A DNA stretch of 64,000 bases, from the NCBI GenBank assembly GCA_020536535.1, contig JAHLWZ010000636.1, positions 1 to 64,000 of the forward strand. Reading direction: 5' to 3'. A model generated the notes under the pieces. That model was not told the DNA's origin and did not search any database. It saw only the letters and a program-made list of their open reading frames with translations. This stretch comes from Pelomyxa schiedti (taxonomy: Eukaryota; Protista; Evosea). The position numbers and the translations under genes are program-made. Shown here piece by piece: positions 24,933-35,600 of this stretch (position 1 is its first letter; each line of letters opens with the position of its first letter).

Positions 24933-25342
24933 CAACGTTAGAAAAAGTGGAACGAGAACACACCCAAGTTACCTTGGGCACATGACATGAAGCAATTCAA
25001 TTTCCAAAGCAGACAGTTGACTGGTGGGCGTTTGTGGTGCTGACCCTCCCGGGCCCTGCTTCCTTCACCAAAGGGTGGGGGCGCTAACGGCCGGTTCGAC
25101 AGCAAGGCATTTGCAAAAAAGGCACGGCTTCCGCGGCGACGGTGTGACCAGTCCTCCCACAAGACCAAGAAGAGGAAGAGTGACCAAAAGGCCAAAAGGC
25201 CAAGTGGCAAGCACCTTGTCTCTGTTTCTGACTGTGGGATGGGGGTGTGCCCGCCTGTGCGGTTGCAGTGTGCCTTTATGCTGCGGCTGTTCGAGTTGTC
25301 CGTGTCCAGTCCCCCTTCGAGAGAAATCAGCAGGGTCCAAGA
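24933..25342 (+). ncRNA. Putative structured ncRNA, copy 2 (rod core 25051-25338)
   Basis: Direct repeat of copy 1; GGGCCCTGCT/AGCAGGGTCC closing stem; T5 run about 25 nt downstream. Confidence 0.6.
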
Positions 25343-25729
25343 AGGCCGGGAAGTGAATGCTGTTTTTGAAGGATTATGTTGTATGATATGATGGCGCGTT
25401 CATAGTGGCAGTAGACGAGCATAGGTAGTGCGAAGAAACCGTGACTCGCAATCTGTTGGCTAAGTGAGCGACATTGGTGTCAGGAAGTCCACGAACGGTT
25501 TGGGTTTGTTACTGCAAGCGACACAATACCGAACGCATCGTCGTAATAGAGGAAAACAGGGGCTGCAGATGCATGGATCTAACATAACGTTAGTGAGTAC
25601 AAGCAACACCGAACAAACGCGTGGATGTACCGAGTGACACGAAACAATTTCATTTTTTAACTAAAAATTGTGTGTTACCCGGGGGTTATAAGGCAAAATT
25701 CCTTCGAAGCGATTTGTCTCCACAAGAGG

Positions 25730-26242
25730 CTATAAAAATAGACTTCTCAACACGAAATTTCTCAGGCAACTTGCAACTTCGGCCCCGCAGCCGTCCACCA
25801 GCGTGCCGTCGTTGACTGAGCCGCACCGCACAACGCCTCGCTTCTGCGCGTGGCACTGCGCACGCCCGCACGCGGGGCAGCACCACCCGCTCTGCTTCAG
25901 TGACGTATCTCGTGTGATGCAGGTCTGGGATTTGTGGATTGTTTTTGGTTCATTTGTTGGGAGCGTGGCGTGCGCGGCTGATTTGCGATTAGGTGTAAAG
26001 GGGGTGGGATCCAAACCTACGGCGTTTTTCATGACGAAGTCGTATACCTCGTTGCACTGCAGCCTCCCGCCGTGTGCAAACATGTGGCATAGTGGGCAGA
26101 ACGTGAGGCAGCAGAGTCCGCACGTGAATGGGGCATTGGGGTCATCAACGACAATGCGTTCACAGAGGGGGCAATGAGAACAAATCTTGGGTGTACTAGC
26201 AGCCATACCAGAGCGACGATTTGTGGCCTCAAACTTAACCAA
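25730..26242 (-). CDS. IBR-domain (RBR-like) zinc-binding protein with degenerate RING2; 5' exons uncertain
   Basis: CSHCPLCERIV...FTCGLCCLTFCPLCHMFAHGGRLQC (IBR pattern), then CPAC...C...GCG. Confidence 0.6.
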   Translation of the reverse strand: MVKFEATNRRSGMAASTPKICSHCPLCERIVVDDPNAPFTCGLCCLTFCPLCHMFAHGGRLQCNEVYDFVMKNAVGLDPTPFTPNRKSAAHATLPTNEPKTIHKSQTCITRDTSLKQSGWCCPACGRAQCHAQKRGVVRCGSVNDGTLVDGCGAEVASCLRNFVLRSLFL

Positions 26243-26725
26243 GGGTTATTAATACTAAAGATGTGGTGTTTTCTTATTATTATTATTGGGGAATGAGATC
26301 TACCAATTGACAGGTGCCAAAGCTTTTTTTGGTTCTTGTCCTGAGGTGATGATCTCCTCACACTTCATTACAACCAGTTCTGATTTTATTATAAGTCCAG
26401 TGCACAAAAAAAGGTACACATCGCTAGTCGCAGATTTTCCTAATATGAATGAAGATGTCTTTAAAGAGACTCTCCGGTCGGCGTAACGAGGTTCTTCGAA
26501 ATTTGAGTTAAAGTAAAAAAAAAAAAAAATGGACCCACAAGCGAGAGGGAGCTTTACGATTTGCAACAAGCGCCACAAACCCACTCCGTTGTTCACTGTG
26601 GAGAACGAAAATACGTCGTTCAAGCAAGGGTCCAACGAAATCTTAAAGAGTTTGTTAACTTTAATTTGAAAAAGAAAAAAAAGCAAAAAACTGATAGTAT
26701 GCATACCTCACCTTAATGTGCACAG

Positions 26726-27634
26726 TTGATAAGTCAAAGAAAACCACAGTGTTCCAAAGTAAAGAAGAGAAAGACCACGTCAACTGCAACTCAAAGACCT
26801 CTGACGGTTACAACAACATGCTTTCAGAATACAAGCACCTCTTCTCAGTTAGGCCTGACCGCTGATGGAATCTTACAATCCGACGAGTTGACCCAAAAAG
26901 AGGAAGGGTGCCAAGTTGAAGTCATCCCTTCCAGAAGTTGGAATCCCTCAAATTTTCAAAACAATAACTTGACCTGCATACATAGTTTCAGAGTTACTTT
27001 TGCTCACACACGTCTTCCAGAACCACCTGAGGAGCCCGCAGGATCTTCTCTCGCTGAAAACCAATCACAGCAGAACGTTGACTCGGATTACCAGGGAGTA
27101 AAAATAGAGACCGTTGCAGCAGCAAATAATACAGGTCCGTTCCAATATTGCTCAAGTTCTTTTAATCCTAGAGTAGAAGATTTCCCATTTTCCAAAAATC
27201 TCACTTACGCGCCACCATTTCTCTCAGAAGGGGAATATTGCCAATACAGTGCAGCAACAACAAATTCCACTCAAACAGAAAGTACCCACATAAAGAGGAA
27301 GTCCAGGAAGGAAATAATGGATCACTATGTGCAATTGGAGGCTGAGGAGAATCGCGCCGCGCAACTGGACGAGTACTTGACGCAATTGATGGGACCACTT
27401 GCCAAGAAAAATAGGGTCAAGCATTCCAGTGGCGATGAGAGCGAGAATGTGGCTGAAGATGAAAAGGAGTACGAGGACGAGGACGAGGATGAGGATGATG
27501 ATGATGATGATGAGTGGAACGAGAATGAGGATTACCGGACCCGGAGCTGGCCAGGGTGCTCTGACTACGGCAGCGATTACAGTGCAGACTGGAAGAACAC
27601 AGAGGATGAGGACAACCCCGACGACGAATGCTGA
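26726..27634 (+). CDS. Hypothetical protein with highly acidic C-terminal tract
   Basis: 302-codon open frame ending EDEDEDDDDDDEW...; start codon uncertain. Confidence 0.55.
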   Translation: MISQRKPQCSKVKKRKTTSTATQRPLTVTTTCFQNTSTSSQLGLTADGILQSDELTQKEEGCQVEVIPSRSWNPSNFQNNNLTCIHSFRVTFAHTRLPEPPEEPAGSSLAENQSQQNVDSDYQGVKIETVAAANNTGPFQYCSSSFNPRVEDFPFSKNLTYAPPFLSEGEYCQYSAATTNSTQTESTHIKRKSRKEIMDHYVQLEAEENRAAQLDEYLTQLMGPLAKKNRVKHSSGDESENVAEDEKEYEDEDEDEDDDDDDEWNENEDYRTRSWPGCSDYGSDYSADWKNTEDEDNPDDEC

Positions 27635-27928
27635 CCAGACGCCGTACAAACGGGCCGCGTTGTTGTGTGACCCGAACCAAAAACGGAATGTCTTCTGAGA
27701 AGTTTCTTCGTTTTGTATTGTCTGAGGGTCACGAGTTGGATAGCTCTAGCTGAGAGCACACCTCCAAGATCTGTCGACTCCTTCCTTTGAGGTCACTGGG
27801 GGCTGTTCGGCTCCAATTTTAGGATTTCCATGAAAAGGGGGCAAAAAGGAGGCAGGCAACGAGTGCCAAACGCGATTGTGTGGCGGGGAGCATGAAGCAC
27901 AAATGAGATTAAAATAACAGACACGGTG

Positions 27929-30900
27929 ATGGATCCCATTGCGATTGGGCTGTTGTTGTTGGCTGCATGTTATGTGCATGGCAAGATCGTTATGTCTCAG
28001 CTACAAAAAACAATGGACTTCACTGATGTTGACGAGGGCGTGCCGTGGAAGCAGGTTGAGATCCAAACAACAGATTGCGTGTTTGAAGGTCCACTCACGT
28101 GCAAGTAAAAAAAGGGCTTTCATATAGAGTATCACAACCTCACTTTTGAGGGTGAACCTATTGTTGTTCACATTGTGCCGTGGACACGTAGGCCAATGCC
28201 GATGCAGTATCTCAATAGCACCACTCACCCCACCCAAGATGTGGACCCTGGATGGAGAAAAACTTATGAGGAATACTTCCCAGATGTGAAAAATATTCTC
28301 GATGCAGTTGTGGATGTATTGTCGAATAAAATACCAGAGGCACGCTTTATTTGGGGGGAGATTTCATATCTTGAAATGTGGTGGAGGTCAGCGTCCTCCA
28401 GTCAGAAAAAACAACTCCGAACGCTTGTACGAGAGAACAAATTCGAGATTGTCACAGGTTTTTCCCTAATACTTTGAGATATAGTAGGACTCACTTCCTC
28501 GTTAAGGGGGCTGGGTTCAAGCTGATGAAGCTACAACCCATTACCAAGACATTATTTCTGAAATGAATGACGGATTATCCTGGGTGTGGGAAACACTACA
28601 AGTGCACCCTAGATTTGGTTATTCCAATGACCCGTTTGGCCACAGCTCATTCCTGCCGTATGGAAGTCTCTTGCCTGTCACCCAGTATTTATTCTCACCA
28701 GACACCTTCTTTCTTTGGCTGAATTTGAAGGGACTGTTATTAACCGCATTCACTTTGCTTACAAGAAGGAATTTGCACACAACAAATCTCTAGAATTCAT
28801 GTGGGAACAAGATTTTGGAAGTTACCAACCTCTTTTTACTCATGTGATGCCTTTTTTTGCGTATGATATTCCGCATACATGTGGCCCTAATCCAAAGGTA
28901 GTCCTTTTTTTGTTTTTCTGACTGACTGTTACAGGTGTGTGCTCTGTATGATTTTTCTGCACTTCGGCGGCGAACTGAGTGGGGTGACCTGAGAGAAGAT
29001 ATATCCCCCGAAAATTTACAAACCAAGTGTGGAGGCATGGTGGTGAGAAGAGTGGACTTATAGCAAAAACTTCAGAGCCAATGATCTGCTTCAGCAGTAC
29101 AAAGAAAAAGCAATGTTATTTAAAACGAACCATCTGCTTGTTCCACTTGGATATGATTTTAGTTATGCCACTCCTCAGTCCCTTGAACGTCAATTAACCT
29201 CATATCAAGTAAGTTTAAGTCTGACTTATTCTGAATAATTTTTTGTGGTCTCTTAATAATTGGAAGGTACTCATCCAGGAAATCAACAAGCAGAGTCAGG
29301 TGATGGTAAAATTTTCTACAATTTCTGACTACATAACCTCTGTGACTCAATCCCGGTTTTGGACGAGAGAGTAAATCTAATGGCACTTCATCTAGCATTG
29401 ACATATGCAGGCCTTCCCCAATGCTTGAGGGGGATTTCTTCCCATACAGTGACCTCCGCCAGGATTACTGGACAGGGTTTTTTTCATCCAGAGCGTTTTA
29501 TAAAGCGCTTATCCGGCAACTTTCTGGTCCTCTCCCCTTAACTTTCTTGGATTTCCAATGTTAATATTTATTATTTGTAGATGCAGTTCGTGCATCTCAA
29601 CTTCTTCTCTCTGTCTGTGTTATAAGGGAACCCATGGATCTCAGTAATGTGACTATTTTGTTACAAGAAATTCAGTCCTGCAGTCACATTGTATCACTAT
29701 ACCAACATCATGATGCTATAACAGGAACAAGCAAATTGGTCCGTGGATAAATATATCTATGAACAACTTTCTAACAATAACAAAGCCCGTTGTTATTGAC
29801 TACGGGAAAAAAATATTTTCTGCAAGGTATGGTATGATCATTGTCTGTTTGCCTACTGATACCATTTGAAGAGAGAAGGCAACCAGACTTCTAGAATATT
29901 TACTTGAAAAGACAATTGTCAAAAAAGAGACTCCATGCAATACACCTCACCTCAGTCCTAATTACGTTCAAACACGATATGATACTGTCGATCAGCCGCT
30001 CATGATACACTTCGGTATTCACATATCTAATCCCCTGAATTTCACCCCCAAAAGAGGGACTTGGGTGCCGACCTGTTGTATTGTTTAATAGTCTCATACA
30101 AGAGCATAGTGAACTAGTCTCGCTGATAGTTTCTACACCTTTTTGTAGAGTACTCGCGAATTCTACTCGCCAATGTAATAAGGTGGTTGCAGGTTGAAGA
30201 CAGTGCCCATAAACCCGTACGGTTTCAAATCAGCCCTGTGTGGGATAAAGATTTGGTGCCTTCATCAACACACTTCAAAATCTCGTTTATTGCCGCAACT
30301 CCCCCGCTTAGTGTATCAACATATTTTCTTGTCACTGATTCCAGTTCCTGGAGAAGTTCTCCACTCAAAAGGCAATTTTACCTTACTCCATCCAAGTTCC
30401 CGAGATCAATGTTTACCATTCCAACGCGACACAGAAGATGTTTGTTGATAAAAGGGTATCCTTTTTACATTGTAAGCCTATTCACCTTCTCAAACAAACA
30501 AAAAAAAAAAAGATTGAGTTCACACCAACTTTTGAGCGAATCACATTGTCTAGCCCATTCCTCCAAGTTAATTTTGGGAAAACAGGCTTCCTAAACAACA
30601 TTACTGTAAAAGGTATTTGTAACCGGAAAAACAATTCTTATCTTATTTTGTAGGTGCTACCATAAACTTTCAAGAACAGTATGTGTTCTACTCATCCTTC
30701 CAGAGTGGGGCATACGTGTTTCTCCCCACATCACAGGTCGTCTCGATACTTTTTTCCTCTTTCACCCTCACTTTGGTAATAGACAATTCTTACTGGTGAT
30801 ACTATATGTGCTGTTGTCCAAGGCCCAGTGTTTGATGAAGTCGTTACACAGAACAAGTGTGCATTTGCGAGCTCCGCAAAGAAAACGTACTAGCATACAC

Positions 30901-32300
30901 AAACTCTAGGAATGTCATTCGAACCGCCACCCTTGTCCACTCCAGGAAAGTATTAGTTGGAGGGTACATAAGAATGCAAACACATGTTCTCGTTACAAAG
31001 GACGAGTTAGTTGTTAGGTAGCAGTGCACACATTAGGAAAAAACCCTCATTACTTTGTTTTACAGATTCAACACATCAATCTCTCATGGAGATACTTTTT
31101 ACACGGATGTGAATGGATTTGGCTCAAGTCAAAGATTTTTTAGGGATGATTTACCACTCAGTGCGAGCTTTTTCCCCGTTACATCCAATCTATTTTGGCA
31201 AGACAGTTACAACAGGATATCTGTACATACTTCCCGGTCTTTGGGTGCTGTATGTTAAACGTTCTCTGTGCCCATCTCAATAATACTCCAAAGTCCTGTT
31301 TTCACGACTCCATATGTGAGTTGATGCTGGACCGTTCAACGTTTGCTGATGATCACAAGGGTTTAGATGAACCCCTCTCAAATCACGCCCCTGTTATGAC
31401 CATTTTTGGTATGGAGAAACTCCGATCCTAGAAACCACTAATCACCCAAGACATAACAATCGAAGGTTTATGCACAAGTCATCCAGTTCAGCCATCAATA
31501 ATTTCAAGGGCGATTTTCAATTTTCTCTCTTGTCCGCTTCATATCTTTATGGGTGAAGAAGTACCATCACCGTTACTTTGGGAACAATGTGTGGAAACCT
31601 CAGTAGCACCCCTTACAGGTGTAACCTTTCCTCATGACGTTCACCTTGTCATGTCCTATCCCCGTGTTCCTGATAAGCTCAACTCTCTCGCATGCAATGC
31701 CTCCCAACCACTTAGTGATGCTCTTCAAGTTTCAGTTCTAATGGCGCGCTATCCAACAAGCGTAATGTCTCATGTTGGAAGTCCTTTATGTCCATTCCAT
31801 GGAACAGAAACTAGTTTGTAGTAGCCCCTCAACTCTCCTTCTCACTCCCTTCCAGGGGCCTGTTTCAATTCAGAGTTGCTATCGTTCTTGTCATCAAGCG
31901 TTGTATATGAAAGTACCCTATTCCAGTTCAATGCCTGTGGGGTGCCCAAATACCGACTCTGCTTTGATCCAGGAGACATTCGCTCGTTTATTGTGGAGGT
32001 TCCAACCACTGGAGCATCTATAACCCTCCCCCATCCTACTGAAAGCTTCAATATTGACCTCTCGATTAGCCGCAGTGACGTTGCCTTCCTCATATTTGGG
32101 TAGCTTCCCCAGATCCTACACTGCTTCCTCAGTTTTCACATCCGCTTGGCTAATACCATAGGATTATCGCAGTATTTGCTACTTATTCAAGTCTAGTGGT
32201 TTTGCACTTGCTCCACCGGAAGGTTTGGCCAGACCCCAACCTCCACAACTCAACCCCGATTTCTAGATCAACCCTTTATGTGCTGTACTCACTCTCATAA
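27929..32300 (+). CDS. GH38 alpha-mannosidase (mannosidase II-like), multi-exon
   Basis: Signal peptide; DPGWRKTYEEY, RFIWGEISYLEMWW, FEIVTGGWVQADEA, NDPFGHS, INRIH, YDIPHTCGPNP, YWTGFFSSR, QHHDAITGTS, ELMLDR...DDHKGL; 3' end approximate. Confidence 0.9.
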
Positions 32301-32604
32301 CTCTGGTCACCCTCTGCACAATCACTACATACCTTGTAATATAGAGAGCCCCTGCAGTTCCATGTCTCCAAACAAACAAGCAAGCAAACAAACAAACAAA
32401 CAAAAACCCATCGTATTTATCGGGCACATCACCAAACAGGTTTTTTCAAGAAAACCCAAAACAAGGGGGAACGCTTCACCGAGGTGACTGAAGCGAAACT
32501 TCACAAACATAAACGCAACGAAACGGTGTCACATCCACCCACCCAATCAACCATCAAGCCGTTGTTTGTCAATCCCTCAGTCATTTCAGTTTTGTGCAGC
32601 AGGA

Positions 32605-35600
32605 ATGAATAGTCCTTCTTGGGGGCCAGCACTTTGTGCCTTGGTGTTGTTTTATGGGATGGTGCTGGTTGGGGGATATATGATATCAGACGAGAGGAAG
32701 GATGTTGTGTGGGACAACAGGCCTGATGCACTGGGGCAACCACTGACTTATATTGATGACAGCTATGTGTATCTGATTCTGTGGAGTGCCTTTGATTCGG
32801 TATGACATGACTGACCACTTTGCTCTTGGCTTCATTTCATTTCTTGGTTGTGTTGCATGATCAATAGTCGATCCAATGTTCTGGTTTATATAACATAACA
32901 CTTTCTATTGCACAGAGTTTGTATGAAGCTCGCTGGCCACTAAATGTGGGATCAGGGGCACTTGGGGATATTGAAACAAAAGTTTTCACTCCCTCACTGG
33001 GAGGGGTTGTGAGATCAGCAACTGTTGCCAAGCTCACAGTAAAAGGGGAATCAACACAAAGTGGTGTAGTTGCAGTATCTGGCGATTCCTACACCCTTGG
33101 TTGGTATAGGCTTTGGACAAACGAAGATGTAACACCATCAAGTTGGTGGTACCACTGCATTTGCTCGTATTTTTCACCTTATTCCTCCTTTGTATTTATT
33201 CAAATAAGATCACCCACTGCATGGCTTGTCCTTGTAGCACCCCTTGTGTGGCCACGGACTTCCTCATACTATTCACACAGTGGTTTTATCTATTCATGCA
33301 TAAATACTGATGTTGGTATGGGAGATCCAATAGAATTATGCTACACAGCCTGGCCTGATGGGACATGGGGATGCCCGTGGTCATTCTGGCTGGGATTGCC
33401 TCAGCCTCTTACATCCCTTGCCTCAACAGATATTCCAACTTTGATGGACACAGAAGTATTTGGATCAAGCTATGTAATTGTTTTATATGCTGGAAGGACA
33501 TTGTATAGAATAGATGGGACAACCTCTAGCTGGAAGGACTACCCAGATTCTACATTCAAAAAGCCAAGCAGCACTGTTAAATCAGTAGCCATTTATAGTA
33601 CCCCACTTACCGTATCAATTCTCTTTGGTAATGTCATCATTGCTAGACCAGACCCACTGGGTAACCTGTGAGCAAGAGCAAATGCTAATTGTTCAGCTGT
33701 ACAGTAATGACAAAAGTCAAGATCCAGTGCCAATATATAGCCAAAATGGTGGCAGTTGTGCCCTTGACGTTGGTGACGTGGATCATAATGGAATTCTTGA
33801 TATTGTTGTTTATAATGGGGCACAATTCTTTCGACTTGAGCCCAGTGGAGGGACTTGGACAACTTTTATTATGTCTCCTCCTATGTTACCTGTCCAAAAT
33901 ATCTTTGTTCTAGCTGGTCCCAGGTAATCAGTTGATCTTTTAGAAGAAAATATTCATTTGATACAGACTATCGTCTACTTCTTTTCTAGATGTTATTTCC
34001 ACTCGCTGGGATACTGCTGATGCGGCAGTATGGTACTGGTACAGTGATGGTGTGTAAGGGACTTTACAATTACTTACTAATCGCGGCAACCAGTACCTCC
34101 TTGTAGTACTTACAATGATAATGACACATATTGTAGTCTGATAGATTGTGACTACTGTGATGATAGAGACCTGTGTACAACCAAGTATTGCAGTGACTGT
34201 TTATCTCTTACTGACGAATCACAATGTGAAGAGTATTTTGACCTCCATTTTTTCCCCCACTAATTGAGGAAAAAAATAGCAATAAATGCACTTGGTGTGA
34301 GCAAACCAACAGCTGTGTTCTCGACTTCTGTACTACTTGTAGTGAGATACCCTACGAAAATTGCCGGTCAGTCCAACATCTATTCCTCTTTGTTCAGTAT
34401 TTCTCACCGCCAAAGACTGCCCTGCATTTCCTGCGAAGCAAATAATGTGTGCATGGATGCCGAGGAAGCATGTATAGAATGCCCTAGCATGCTTTCTCCA
34501 TCTGTATGCACCGGTTCCGGGTGTGAGTGGTGTAATACCACTTGTATACCATCATCTATTCCTTGTATTGATTGTTCTACTTTCACAGAAAGTAGCAACT
34601 GCATTTCCAAGTACGTAATTTCATGTAGCTATGAAGTTCTTACATTTATGGGACAGTCCGCAATGCCAATGGTGCTCCTTTTCACACTCTTGTGAGCGTT
34701 ATCCCTTTACTGGAGTGTCTTACTGTTTATGTGAAGAAATCAGCTCCAGTGCTGAATGCTTGGGATCATTGTCTTGTGTATGGAATGAAAATTCCGGAAA
34801 GTGCAAAACAACATGTGAATTGGAGGCACTAAATGATACCGAAATTTTTATGTCTACAATTGCCCAAAATCCAAATTGGGATCAATCCTCCTTTGTTGCT
34901 GTTGGTGTTGACTCCAATTGTAATACCCACCCTTCTCTCTTTGAATCTTAGAATATTAGACATGTATGCAATAGAAAAGACAACTGAGTACTACATTGTC
35001 AAGTTGAACTCTTCAGGAGTACTATGTCGTACTCTGTATCCTGCTTCCCAGTTGGTGCTATACCAAATTGCTGTTGATAACTACAATGGTCTCCTATATG
35101 GTGAGTTTGTGTCACGTATCCATTTTATTTTGTTAACATCAAACAGTTGTTGGAAGAGGAAGTGGAGTTCCTGTAAGCGAATACAACATGCCAAATGATG
35201 TTGTAAGCTGAATGATTTTCTTTTTCTGTTCTATTCAATACTCTTCTCCTAGGCTATATTATCCAATGCCCGAACAACAGACTGTGTAATTGCTGCTTTT
35301 CAATCTTCTGACTGTAGTTTGTATTGGTCTGGTATGTAAGTTCACTCAGAAGTGGTGTCTCACCTTGCCACAGGGACTTGGGGAACAAATAAAGAGACAG
35401 AAGTGTTTTATGACATCAAAGTTAATGAAGAAAAAATGTATGTACTGGGGGTACTTTAGCATTATTCACTCCTTTTTTTTTCATGGATGGTTAGTGTTAT
35501 TGCTGGGTCTGTTCCCAAAGGTTCGCATGCAATTTATTTTCTTCATTGTCATTTGTTTTTTTCAACAGGCTTTCCACTTCCCACAAGGTTTGAAGTAAAT

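Noticed and set aside
24068-25356. ORFs of 90-191 aa across the duplicated segment
   Set aside because: Present on both strands, starts and ends differ between copies, no domain signal; RNA pairing explains the conservation better
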